Below are positions 31,459 through 40,411 of a stretch of DNA of 64,000 nt, piece by piece; position 1 is the stretch's first letter, and every line of letters starts with the position of its first letter. The notes beneath the pieces are model-generated. The model had not been told where the DNA came from and did not search any database. It saw nothing but the letters and a program-made list of their open reading frames with translations. Source of the stretch: Candidatus Woesearchaeota archaeon (GTDB taxonomy: Archaea > Nanobdellota > Nanobdellia > Pacearchaeales > GW2011-AR1); contig CAZHOH010000005.1 in NCBI GenBank assembly GCA_964534185.1, positions 7,777-71,776 on the forward strand. Direction: 5' to 3'. The translations under genes and the position numbers were made by a program.

Positions 31459-31617
31459 TTAAACTTCTAATTCATAACCTTGCTGGCCATTCTTGCCTCT
31501 TATTCTTCTCCACAAGGCATTTGGGTATTTTTGCACTAAGTCCTTAATCAACCCAAAATGTTGTTCAAGTAATGTCGTCGAGCCTTTCTTGTTATCAAAA
31601 AGCACTCTTATTTTCAT
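31459..31617 (-). CDS. Small hypothetical ORF (52 aa)
   Basis: My translation: MKIRVLFDNKKGSTTLLEQHFGLIKDLVQKYPNALWRRIRGKNGQQGYELEV*. Below the track cutoff. Confidence 0.25.
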   Translation of the reverse strand: MKIRVLFDNKKGSTTLLEQHFGLIKDLVQKYPNALWRRIRGKNGQQGYELEV

Positions 31618-31820
31618 TTTATCACCTCACTTAAAGTAACTAAATTTCTTTTAAATATAAACCTTTCCTTTAATATATCTTTTGTCAAATAATCATCTTT
31701 ATATATTGTTTCATTAATTCAGAGTAGCAAGTAATTTCAATGTAGTAAAAGTTTATTCTCAGCCCACCACTTCATAAAAACATAAAACAATTAACCTATA
31801 AAAAACTTTCAACAAAACAC

Positions 31821-31828
31821 TTTTAAAC
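31821..31828 (+). promoter_or_regulatory. TATA-like element upstream of RNase P RNA
   Basis: ttttaaac lies about 21-28 nt upstream of the P1 5' strand at 31849. Confidence 0.4.
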
Positions 31829-31848
31829 TAACTAATTCTTCCATTTTC

Positions 31849-32114
31849 AGCGAGTTGGATAGCTAACTCCGGCAAATGTTATTAAATTAACAAATTTCGT
31901 CATGGAAACTTTTGCTGAGGAAGGTCCGCACACCATTAATGCCATCTGCGAAAGCAGACAGCCGTGAGGTTGAGCTCTGGTATAGAAACGAGACACTCTG
32001 TGCAAGGAGAAACAGCTGGAACGAGCATCTTGGCTGGTGCAAGGCTTCAAGCCGCTTAGTCAAATGTTAGCATGTTCACACGAACGACAGAATGTGGCCT
32101 ATTTCCAACTCGCT
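31849..32114 (+). ncRNA. rnpB: RNase P RNA (compact, about 266 nt)
   Basis: P1 is agcgagttgga (31849-59) paired with tccaactcgct (32104-14). The P4 strands are gaggaaggtccgc and acagaatgtggcct. P2 is gctaac/gttagc. The internal gaaacgagacactctgtgcaaggagaaac is the conserved specificity-domain-like region. Confidence 0.8.
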
Positions 32115-32161
32115 TTTTCTAATAAAAGATTTTAAAAACTTACAATTCACTCTAATTATAC

Positions 32162-32233
32162 GGGGCTCTAGCTCATTGGGAGAGCACTTGACTGAAGATC
32201 AAGGTGTACCGTGTTCGATTCACGGGAGCCCCA
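32162..32233 (+). tRNA. tRNA-Phe (GAA)
   Basis: Manual cloverleaf: GGGGCTC/GAGCCCC acceptor, D arm GCTC-ATTGGGA-GAGC, anticodon arm CTTGA-CTGAAGA-TCAAG, T arm CCGTG-TTCGATT-CACGG. Confidence 0.9.
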
Positions 32234-32234
32234 T

Positions 32235-32936
32235 TCACAATTTTTTTAATTCTCTAAGATTAATCATCTCTTGATATTTCAAAATATTCCTTTTTTTATT
32301 TGACCCAATTTTATCAAACCAAGAAATTATATTTTTATATCCATTAATCTGTATTTGATATCCTTTAAATTTAGTTTTGTATCTTTCATTATCATAATTT
32401 ATTGTTGCAAAATATGAACTAATCTCCTGCTCAATTAAAAATTCTTTTATCTTTAATAATAAAATATCACTTTTAGAACCAATGTTCATTGTAGGATATA
32501 ATTTCCCTTCTTTTTTCTTTAAACAAATACATCCATCTGTATCAAATAACCCTTTTACAAAATAAATTAAAAATAATTTGTTATCCTTTATCCACAAAGG
32601 AATAATAGCCTTCTTTTTCAACCCTTTTTCAAACCCTTTATTTTCAATAAATTCCAATATTGCTTTAGAATGAACTCTCAAATACATAGTGCTTTGATCT
32701 TTCCTGTAGTATAATTTGGGTTTTATTCTGAACAAAGCAAAAAATAAATTATAAACATAATTTTCCAGATATTCTTTATCTTTAATTTTATTTCCTGCAA
32801 CTTCTATAACATAATTATTTTTACACCTGCCAACATATCCATCTCCTGTCAATATTCCAAAAAATTCCGATAGTTCTTTTGTTTCTTCATTAGGAATTTT
32901 TACTCCCCTTTTAATATCTGAATAATTCATCACCAT
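32235..32936 (-). CDS. Free-standing double-motif LAGLIDADG homing endonuclease
   Basis: Two LAGLIDADG motifs: FFGILTGDGYV and FVKGLFDTDGCI. 233 aa. The stop lies 1 nt from the tRNA-Phe 3' end (convergent). Confidence 0.8.
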   Translation of the reverse strand: MVMNYSDIKRGVKIPNEETKELSEFFGILTGDGYVGRCKNNYVIEVAGNKIKDKEYLENYVYNLFFALFRIKPKLYYRKDQSTMYLRVHSKAILEFIENKGFEKGLKKKAIIPLWIKDNKLFLIYFVKGLFDTDGCICLKKKEGKLYPTMNIGSKSDILLLKIKEFLIEQEISSYFATINYDNERYKTKFKGYQIQINGYKNIISWFDKIGSNKKRNILKYQEMINLRELKKL

Positions 32937-33012
32937 GTATATTATAGTTCGATTAGGTATAAAAATTTTCTCCTTACAAAAATTAAATAAAACACCTTAA
33001 ATTAATCTTAAT

Positions 33013-33153
33013 ATGGAAAAAATCTTATGCAAAATAGGCATACACAAATTCACGTCCTGGAGAAAAATAAATTATTTCAGTTCCAACGTCGTTGACATAG
33101 AACGAAGATGCAAACGCTGCGAAAAATTCCAAAGAAAAACAGTCCCAAAATAA
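33013..33153 (+). CDS. Small Cys-containing ORF (46 aa)
   Basis: My translation: MEKILCKIGIHKFTSWRKINYFSSNVVDIERRCKRCEKFQRKTVPK* (C-x26-CxxC). Below the track cutoff. Confidence 0.25.
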   Translation: MEKILCKIGIHKFTSWRKINYFSSNVVDIERRCKRCEKFQRKTVPK

Positions 33154-33201
33154 AAACTTTTATAAACAACAACTTCCAACTATAATCATAAAAGAGGCGA
33201 T

Positions 33202-33477
33202 ATGGTAAGAAAAAAATCTAAAAAGACATCTAAGAAATCTTCTAGAAAATCAAATACAAAAAAATCACAGACAAAAAGAGCAACTGCAAAAACAAAAGTT
33301 AGAAAATTCACATCACTTCAATTAATTATTTATGCGGTATTTACTGCAGTATTCATATACGGAGGATACTTAATCTGGACAGAAGATTATATCCAAGGAT
33401 TAGCTCTAATAGCCCTACTTCTTTTTGTAACATTCTTAATAAAATTCTTTCTTAAAATGGAAAAACTAAAAAAATGA
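33202..33477 (+). CDS. Small membrane protein with a Lys-rich N-terminus
   Basis: MVRKKSKKTSKKSSRKSNTKKSQTKRATAKTKVRK followed by two TM helices. Confidence 0.45.
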   Translation: MVRKKSKKTSKKSSRKSNTKKSQTKRATAKTKVRKFTSLQLIIYAVFTAVFIYGGYLIWTEDYIQGLALIALLLFVTFLIKFFLKMEKLKK

Positions 33478-34034
33478 AAAACAAAAAAGGAGCAATGGAG
33501 TTAAGTATGACTACAATTGTCATCGTCGTTTTATCTTTAACACTATTAATAATGGGCTTTGTTCTTATAAGAAACATCATGTGCGGAGCAGTAAATATTA
33601 CTTCAGATATTAATGATCAAGTAAGAAAAGAAGTAAATAATTTATTCGCAACATCTGGAGGAGAAGTTCAATGCATAGGAAGTGGAGACCCTGTAACAAT
33701 GGTAGCTGACAGAACAAATTATATTTATTGTAGTGTTCAGGCCCCAGAAGAAGCCAGATACAATTTTAACTTAAAAATTAATGAAGGATTTTCAGATGTT
33801 CCAAAAGAACAACTAAGGCAATGGTTTACAAGCGGCGAACAGGAATTAAGAATCGGTCCAGGAGACAGAGAACCTAAAAAAGTCGGAAGAGTTAAGTTGC
33901 CTTCAAACGCACCTGAAAAAGAAATTTCCTTTGACTTAGAGGTAACAAAAGACTCAGACACCTCCCCAATTTACTCTCAATCTTTAAGTTATAGAATAAC
34001 TCAGCAAGGAATAATCGGAAGAACTCTTTGTTAA
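33474..34034 (+). CDS. Class III signal peptide (pilin/archaellin-like) protein
   Basis: MKNKKGAMELSMTTIVIVVLSLTLLIMGFVLI has a KG/A cleavage-type motif plus a hydrophobic helix. ATGA overlap with the upstream gene. Confidence 0.55.
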   Translation: MKNKKGAMELSMTTIVIVVLSLTLLIMGFVLIRNIMCGAVNITSDINDQVRKEVNNLFATSGGEVQCIGSGDPVTMVADRTNYIYCSVQAPEEARYNFNLKINEGFSDVPKEQLRQWFTSGEQELRIGPGDREPKKVGRVKLPSNAPEKEISFDLEVTKDSDTSPIYSQSLSYRITQQGIIGRTLC

Positions 34035-34184
34035 TATTTCTTTATTCTGTATAAAATAACTTCTTGGTTGTCAATACAATAACAAACTTCAACTCACCCC
34101 TCTCACCAATTCAATACACTCTTTACACAATTTATGAATCAAAAATACAAAAAGAAAACATCACCTTTACCAATCTCTTCTCTT

Positions 34185-35261
34185 TTATTTCTGTTTGTCC
34201 CCTTCCTTAAGATATATTATCTGCGTTGGAAAAGCAAACGAAATATTCTCCTTTTCAAATGCATCTGCTAACTTAAAATTAATCTCCTGCTGAACATTCA
34301 TGTAAATATTATAATCAGGACTTTCAACATAATAAACAATTTCATAATTCAAACTAAAATCTCCAAATTCTTTAAAATGAGTCCTGTCAAGTCTTGCATG
34401 TTTTGTTGAACCCACCACCTTCTCAACAATTTTATTTATTTTTTTCAATTTCGCCAAAGGTGTCCCATACTCTACACCAACATTAAAAGCAATACGACGC
34501 TCTTGCATTTGTTTATAATTATTAATCCTTATGCTCGTTAATTCAGAATTTGAAACAACAAGCTCTTGTCCTTGCAATGATTCAATCCGCGTAGATTTTA
34601 TTCCAATATGTTTAATAGTTCCCATGTCATCACCAATAATAATAAAATCACCTTCCTTGAAAGGCTTATCAAAATAAATTGTAAAAGCAGCAAACAAATC
34701 TCCTAAAACAGATTGCAATGCAATCGCAATCGCAACACCTCCGATACCAAGACTCGCAATTAATGGCGTTATTTCAATCCCAAGATTAGAAAGAATCATT
34801 AAAACAGCAACACTATAAATAATTCCCTTAAACATAAAACCAAAAGTCTTAATCATCGAATTATTCCCATTATCTCCTTCCTCTCTTCTTTTTGCCAACT
34901 GCTCTTCTGTAAAGTGGTCAACAATCCTTGAAAGTCCTTGAGCAACATAAAAAGCAACAAATATCAAAAACAAAACATCCATAACCCTATTCACTATGTC
35001 TGACAATTCCAAAAACAACAAAGAAACATACAAAGAAACAAAGGCATAAAACTGCCAATGTATTGCGCTTATAAAATCAAGAATAACATCATCCCATCGC
35101 GTTTTTGTTTTCTTTGCCTTACTTTTAATAAAAACAACTACATACCTGTCAATAATTTTAAAAACTACAAAAAAAACAATAAAAATCCCAAGAGCAATCG
35201 CATAGTCCTGCCCAGTATTATTAAGAAATTCGTTCTGCAATAAAGCATTAAAAGATACCAT
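34185..35261 (-). CDS. mscS: Small-conductance mechanosensitive channel (MscS family)
   Basis: GDFIIIGDDMGTIKHIGIKSTRIESLQGQELVVSNSELTS, with TM helices upstream. I prefer the start at M23 (35261) because the longer ORF overlaps the cdc48 3' end and TTTAAAAAATTTAAAGG lies just upstream. Confidence 0.8.
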   Translation of the reverse strand: MVSFNALLQNEFLNNTGQDYAIALGIFIVFFVVFKIIDRYVVVFIKSKAKKTKTRWDDVILDFISAIHWQFYAFVSLYVSLLFLELSDIVNRVMDVLFLIFVAFYVAQGLSRIVDHFTEEQLAKRREEGDNGNNSMIKTFGFMFKGIIYSVAVLMILSNLGIEITPLIASLGIGGVAIAIALQSVLGDLFAAFTIYFDKPFKEGDFIIIGDDMGTIKHIGIKSTRIESLQGQELVVSNSELTSIRINNYKQMQERRIAFNVGVEYGTPLAKLKKINKIVEKVVGSTKHARLDRTHFKEFGDFSLNYEIVYYVESPDYNIYMNVQQEINFKLADAFEKENISFAFPTQIIYLKEGDKQK

Positions 35262-35304
35262 CAATAATAAACTAACCTTTAAATTTTTTAAACATTTCGA
35301 TTGA

Positions 35305-37593
35305 TTATCCCAAATAACCTTGCCCACTAGGACTAATAGCTGCTTTAGCAGACCTCAAATAATTCTCTTCAATTTTCTTATAAGTCTCCAAGTCCTTTTT
35401 TGTCACACTCGGACGAACCTTTTTCATTGCCTCTTCAAAATATTTCTTCGCCACACTCTTAACTTCAATATTCTGCCTTAAAGCAATCATCGCAGCCTCT
35501 CTCACAAGGTTTTCCAAATCAGCCCCAACATACCCTTCTGTTTTCTCAGCAAATTCTTTCAATTTAACATCTTTTCCCAAAGGCATATTTTTTGTATGTA
35601 TGTTCAAAATTCCGAGTCTTCCTTCTTTATCAGGTCCTGGAACCATCAGCACTCTATCAAATCTACCAGGCCTTAACAAGGCACTATCAAGCATATCTGG
35701 CCGATTAGTAGCAGCAATAACTGTAATGTCATGCAATTCCTCTAAACCATCCATTTCAGCAAGCATCTGATTCAAAACTCTTTCAGTAACCTTTGTTCCA
35801 GAGTCCATCCCCCTCTTAGATGCCAGAGCATCAATCTCATCAAAGAATATCACACAAGGTGCAACCTGCCGCGCTCTTTCAAATATTTTTCTCACACCTT
35901 CCTCACTCTTTCCAACCCACATACTCAAAAGTGAAGGGCCCTTAACTTGAATAAAATTAGCTTCACTTTCTTTCGCAACAGCCTTAGCAAGCAAAGTCTT
36001 CCCAGTCCCAGGAGGCCCATACAATAAAATTCCTCGAGGTGGACGAACACCCAGTCTCTTAAAACTATCTGGATACTGCATCGGCCATTCAACAGCTTCA
36101 ATCAATTCTTGCTTAACATTATTAAGTCCTCCAACATCTTCCCAAGAAACATTCGGAGTCTCAACAAGAACTTCTCTCATTGCAGAAGGTCTTACAACTT
36201 TCAAAGCCTCTTCAAAATCAGAATTCTTAATAACAAGTCTCTCTAAAACTTCCCGAGGAACTTCCTCTTCTTCCTTAAACTCAAAATTCGGCAATTCACG
36301 ACGTAAAACACTCATCGCAGCTTCTTTTGCAAGAGCAGACAAATCAGCCCCAACAAAACCATGGGTAATGCTTGCCAGTTTGTTAAGATCAACATCTTTT
36401 GCCAAAGGCATATTCCTCGTGTGTATCTTCAAAATTCCAAGTCTTCCTTCTTTATCAGGAACATTAATTTCTACCTCTCTATCAAATCTCCCAGGCCTTC
36501 TCAAAGCAGGGTCAATCGAATTCGGACGATTAGTAGCACCAATAACAACAACCTTTCCACGAGTCTTCAAACCATCCATCATTGTCAGCAACTGACTAAC
36601 AACTCTCCTCTCAACCTCTCCCTGAGCATCTTCTCTTTTAGGTGCAATAGCATCAATCTCATCAATAAAAACAATCGCAGGTGCAGACTTTTCAGCTTCA
36701 GAAAAGATATCTCTTATCTTTTTCTCGCTCTCTCCATAAAACTTAGACATAATTTCAGGCCCGTTCAATAAAATAAAATTAGCATCACTCTCATTAGCAA
36801 CAGCCTTAGCAAGCAAAGTCTTCCCAGTCCCAGGAGGCCCATGCAACAAAACACCTTTAGGCGGTTCAACTCCTAGCTTCTCAAAAATCTCAGGATGCTT
36901 CAATGGAAGTTCAATCATCTCCCTAACTTTTTTAATCTCTCCCCTCAAACCACCAATATCTTCATATGTCACACCAATAACACTACTCTCTTCAATATTT
37001 TCAACAGCCTTTGAACTAACAGAAACCTCGGTATTTTCAGTTACAACAACTGGAATATTAGGGTTTGTATTGACAATAGCAAATCTTATTTGTTGCATTC
37101 CACCAAGTCCAAAACCTCCCATCCCTCCAAGAATATCTCCAAAAATATCTCCAAAGTCCCCCATTTCATCAGACATAATATCTCTTCTTCTTTGCACACC
37201 TCCAAGCACAACCAAATCTCCTTTAACAAGCGCTCTTCCAAGTAAACCTCTCCTAAAAACCTCCGAGTCTCCTTGCACAACCACATTTTTCTGAGCAGGA
37301 GCAATTGTAATTTTCTTTGCCTCTTTAATGTCTGCCTTTTTCAATTCAACCAGTTCGCCAACACCAGTCTTAGCATTTTTCCTAATAATACCATCAATTC
37401 TTATAATTCCTTCACCAACATCAGCAGGATAAGCCCTATCAACTATTGCAACACTTTCCTTACCTCCTTTAATAGATATAACATCTCCCCTTCGAAGATT
37501 AAGCTCTTTCATAGTATCATAATCAATCCTTGCAATGCCTTTATATGCATCATCCTGTGATGCCTCTGCAACCCTTAACTTTATCTTACCCAT
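35305..37593 (-). CDS. cdc48: CDC48/VCP-type AAA+ ATPase
   Basis: N-domain [20 protein letters not shown]. Two AAA modules, each with [15 protein letters not shown] and DEID Walker B. Confidence 0.92.
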   Translation of the reverse strand: MGKIKLRVAEASQDDAYKGIARIDYDTMKELNLRRGDVISIKGGKESVAIVDRAYPADVGEGIIRIDGIIRKNAKTGVGELVELKKADIKEAKKITIAPAQKNVVVQGDSEVFRRGLLGRALVKGDLVVLGGVQRRRDIMSDEMGDFGDIFGDILGGMGGFGLGGMQQIRFAIVNTNPNIPVVVTENTEVSVSSKAVENIEESSVIGVTYEDIGGLRGEIKKVREMIELPLKHPEIFEKLGVEPPKGVLLHGPPGTGKTLLAKAVANESDANFILLNGPEIMSKFYGESEKKIRDIFSEAEKSAPAIVFIDEIDAIAPKREDAQGEVERRVVSQLLTMMDGLKTRGKVVVIGATNRPNSIDPALRRPGRFDREVEINVPDKEGRLGILKIHTRNMPLAKDVDLNKLASITHGFVGADLSALAKEAAMSVLRRELPNFEFKEEEEVPREVLERLVIKNSDFEEALKVVRPSAMREVLVETPNVSWEDVGGLNNVKQELIEAVEWPMQYPDSFKRLGVRPPRGILLYGPPGTGKTLLAKAVAKESEANFIQVKGPSLLSMWVGKSEEGVRKIFERARQVAPCVIFFDEIDALASKRGMDSGTKVTERVLNQMLAEMDGLEELHDITVIAATNRPDMLDSALLRPGRFDRVLMVPGPDKEGRLGILNIHTKNMPLGKDVKLKEFAEKTEGYVGADLENLVREAAMIALRQNIEVKSVAKKYFEEAMKKVRPSVTKKDLETYKKIEENYLRSAKAAISPSGQGYLG

Positions 37594-37972
37594 ATTTTTT
37601 TCTCCTTTGATTTAACTTTTCATTTAAATCACCAAAAACAAGAGATAATTTTCCCATGTTTTCAAAGTTCAACCTTACAATATCATCTATCATCTTGTTT
37701 TGCTCATTTATAAAATTGACGATTTCTTTTGGAATAGACACAGTATAACTATTACCTACCATTCTTAGTTTAACACTAAAACTTTTTTTCCTTAAATTTA
37801 AATAATTCTTATATTCCATTTCATCTTCAGGATGCAGGATTCTCTCGCCACACTTTATACATCGAAGAGCACGAAATAAAAATCCATTCTTAAGGATTTT
37901 TACCTTTTGCATTTCTTTATCGCAATTTTTGCAAATTACTTTATTATCAAACATATCTGTCATTTTTAACAT
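37586..37972 (-). CDS. Zn-ribbon plus AbrB/SpoVT-like domain protein
   Basis: CKNCDKEM...CIKCGE, then VKLRMVGNSYTVSIPKEIVNFI (an AbrB-type swapped-hairpin motif). Its stop overlaps the cdc48 start by 8 nt. The start is set at MLKMTDMF. Confidence 0.55.
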   Translation of the reverse strand: MLKMTDMFDNKVICKNCDKEMQKVKILKNGFLFRALRCIKCGERILHPEDEMEYKNYLNLRKKSFSVKLRMVGNSYTVSIPKEIVNFINEQNKMIDDIVRLNFENMGKLSLVFGDLNEKLNQRRKKYG

Positions 37973-37976
37973 AAAA

Positions 37977-37998
37977 GCTGTGTTCTTGCGAACACAGC
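37977..37998 (-). promoter_or_regulatory. Perfect 9-bp GC-containing hairpin with a GCAA loop, 4 nt upstream of the ATG at 37972
   Basis: Minus strand: GCUGUGUUC-GCAA-GAACACAGC. Confidence 0.4.
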
Positions 37999-38335
37999 CA
38001 GAGGGGTTGAAATAATTGCATGGTATATACAATTAATATATACATAAAGGTATATTATTTAAATCTTTTGGTAATAAATTATCTCTAAAAATAAATGAAT
38101 CTAAAAAAATTTATAAAATTTGCCATACTATTAATGTAATAAAAAGAGATTAAATGACATCAAAAAAACAAAAAAGCGTAGCCAGGAAGAACATAAAAAA
38201 AGCACAAAAAGCCCGTCAGAAATAATGGTTCTTCAATACAAACCGACATCTTACATAAAAGCCATGAAAAGATTCAGGCAAATAGAATTCTTTAAACATC
38301 ACTAATTTTAAATACCTTTCAATCAATATTCATTA

Positions 38336-38953
38336 ATGAAAGAAAATTCTTTTTCAAAAAATCTAAAAAAAACTTGGAACTTTCTCTGGCATGATGACAG
38401 CATTTTGAGCTGGATAACTTTCATAGTAGTTGTATTCATTATCATAAAATTCATTTTCTTTCCAACACTTTCATTCATAACAGGGACATCACTACCAATT
38501 GTAATAGTAGAATCATGTAGCATGTATCACAGCTCATCCTTTAACACTTGGTGGGAAAATAATTCAGACTGGTATGAAGAAAATGGAATAAACAAATCAA
38601 CCTTCAACCAATTTTCACTTAAAAATGGATTTAATAAAGGAGATATCTTTTTTGTTTTAGGAGCAGAAGAAGAAAAAATCGAACAAGGAGATACAATCAT
38701 CTTTGTAAGTGGCCAATCTCAACGCCCTATAATCCACAGAGTAATAGGCACAGCCCCCATACAAACAAAAGGTGACAACAATAAAGAACAGTTCAGCAGA
38801 TACAACAATCCTTTTGAAATAGATGAAACAAACATAAAACAAGAGCAAATTATAGGGAAAGCAGTTCCTTTGAAAATACCTTTTATCGGCTGGGCAAAAT
38901 TAATCTTTTACGAGCCATTAAGGCCAGAAAGCGAGAGAGGCTTTTGCCAATAG
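38336..38953 (+). CDS. Signal peptidase I (archaeal/ER Sec11 type)
   Basis: TM, then IVIVESCSMYHS (catalytic Ser box), GDIFFV and IIHRVIG (His box). Confidence 0.75.
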   Translation: MKENSFSKNLKKTWNFLWHDDSILSWITFIVVVFIIIKFIFFPTLSFITGTSLPIVIVESCSMYHSSSFNTWWENNSDWYEENGINKSTFNQFSLKNGFNKGDIFFVLGAEEEKIEQGDTIIFVSGQSQRPIIHRVIGTAPIQTKGDNNKEQFSRYNNPFEIDETNIKQEQIIGKAVPLKIPFIGWAKLIFYEPLRPESERGFCQ

Positions 38954-39022
38954 AAACCCTTAAAAACTTCAATTTATTACTCAAAAAGTTAGCTACTAAA
39001 TGCTATTTACTATTGTGTTAAA

Positions 39023-39304
39023 ATGGAATTTGATAAAGATGGCAGAATAATTTTGCCAGGAAAAAATAAGTCAAAGAAAAAGTCTTCTAAGACAGTTTAT
39101 AGTGAAAAAATTCCCGAAGCTTCGGAAGTTGGAGTCGTAAAAGAAAAAGACACAGACGTTTTCCCGGTAGTTCTGGCAAACTGTCCTCAATGCGAACACA
39201 AAGAAGCATATTTCTGGACATCCCAAACTCGTTCAGGCGACGAAGCAGAAACTCGTTTTTTCCGTTGTACCAAATGCAAGCACACTTGGAGAGAATACAA
39301 ATAA
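39023..39304 (+). CDS. tfs: Transcription factor S-like protein with only the C-terminal TFIIS-type Zn ribbon
   Basis: CPQCEHKEAYFWTSQTRSGDEAETRFFRCTKCKHTW. There are no Cys in the 55-aa N-terminal part. Confidence 0.75.
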   Translation: MEFDKDGRIILPGKNKSKKKSSKTVYSEKIPEASEVGVVKEKDTDVFPVVLANCPQCEHKEAYFWTSQTRSGDEAETRFFRCTKCKHTWREYK

Positions 39305-39333
39305 TTTATAATCTCTAAATTCTAAGAATATTT

Positions 39334-40269
39334 ATGGTTTACAAAAACACCAAAACTTACAAAAGTGGTTTTTTAGATGTCGGACAAAACCATAAAATAT
39401 ACTACGAACTAAGTGGCAATCCAAAAGGAAAACCTGTTTTATTCATTCATGGAGGTCCAGGCGCAGGCTTCACGCAAAAAGATAAAAAATTCTTTAATCC
39501 AAAAAAATTCAACATAATCCATTTCGCTCAAAGAGGCGCAGGCAAAAGTACGCCTTTCGCATCTATAAAAAATAATACAACAAAACATCTAGTAGAGGAC
39601 ATAAACAAGCTCCTTGATTTCTTGCAAATAGAAAAAACAATGCTCTTCGGCGGAAGCTGGGGCTCAACACTTGCATTAGTCTATGCAATAAACAATCCAA
39701 AAAGAGTAAAAGCAATGGTTCTTAGAGGAATCTTCCTTGGCTCAAAACAGGAAAACGAATATTTCACATACGAATCAAAAAACACTCATCCAGAATCCTG
39801 GACAAAAGTCGCAAAAATGGTCCCTAAAAAATACATAAGAAAAAAACAAATAGAAAAATACTTTTACAAAATGATTAACTCAAAAAACAAAGCAAAATCC
39901 CAAAAATACGCAGATGCTTGGGCAGAATTTGAATTTTCATTATCAAGATTACAGCCAGACAAGAAAAAAATACTCAAGGCAATGAAAGAAGCAAAGCCTG
40001 CTGCATTCTCAAGAATCGAGCTCCACTATTTAACGCACAAATGTTTCCTTTCAGAAAATTACATTTTAAAAAATACACATAAAATTTCACACCTTCCCAC
40101 AGCAATAGTTCATGGAAGGTATGACTGCGTTTGCCGCCCTCTAGCTGCCTACCGACTCCACAAAGCTCTAAAAAAATCAAAAATCTATTTTACTTTCGCA
40201 GGACACAGCGCTTATGAAAAAGACACAGAAACACAATTAATCAAAGAAATGGATAAATTCTCAAAATAA
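39334..40269 (+). CDS. pip: Proline iminopeptidase (alpha/beta hydrolase, S33)
   Basis: HGGPGAG, nucleophile elbow GGSWGSTLAL, C-terminal GHSA. Confidence 0.8.
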   Translation: MVYKNTKTYKSGFLDVGQNHKIYYELSGNPKGKPVLFIHGGPGAGFTQKDKKFFNPKKFNIIHFAQRGAGKSTPFASIKNNTTKHLVEDINKLLDFLQIEKTMLFGGSWGSTLALVYAINNPKRVKAMVLRGIFLGSKQENEYFTYESKNTHPESWTKVAKMVPKKYIRKKQIEKYFYKMINSKNKAKSQKYADAWAEFEFSLSRLQPDKKKILKAMKEAKPAAFSRIELHYLTHKCFLSENYILKNTHKISHLPTAIVHGRYDCVCRPLAAYRLHKALKKSKIYFTFAGHSAYEKDTETQLIKEMDKFSK

Positions 40270-40270
40270 A

Positions 40271-40294
40271 TGGACCTAGAGGGATTTGATCCCC
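40271..40294 (-). pseudogene. Orphan copy of the tRNA-Lys T-arm/acceptor 3' end (22/24 identical)
   Basis: tggacctagagggatttgatcccc compared with tggacctggagggatttgaacccc at 40412-40435. Confidence 0.5.
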
Positions 40295-40295
40295 A

Positions 40296-40376
40296 CGACG
40301 ACCACGCTTGGGCGGAGTCATTCGACGACCACGCTTGGGCGGAGTCATTCGACGACCACGCTTGGGCGGAGTCATT
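40296..40376. repeat. Perfect tandem repeat, 3 x 27 nt
   Basis: cgacgaccacgcttgggcggagtcatt occurs at 40296-40322, 40323-40349 and 40350-40376. The 17-nt core cgaccacgcttgggcgg recurs inside the tRNA-Lys intron at 40528-40544. Confidence 0.95.
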
Positions 40377-40411
40377 TTCATTCAGAAAATTGGGGCGAAA
40401 ATAAGAAGGGA

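Noticed and set aside
36361-37560. Antisense ORFs within cdc48 (36361-36771, 36368-36595, 37070-37294, 37273-37560), and similar ones within topA, lysS, the U32 gene and the MiaB-family gene
   Set aside because: They lie opposite strongly supported conserved genes and have low-complexity composition.
38154-38305. Two tiny back-to-back ORFs, MTSKKQKSVARKNIKKAQKARQK* (38154-38225) and MVLQYKPTSYIKAMKRFRQIEFFKHH* (38225-38305), overlapping as TAATG
   Set aside because: They are too short to support from sequence alone. They could be a micro-protein pair or chance frames in an AT-rich intergenic region; I have no motif evidence.
40296-40376. CRISPR-like array
   Set aside because: The repeats are directly tandem with no spacers, there are only three units, and no cas genes are present in the window.
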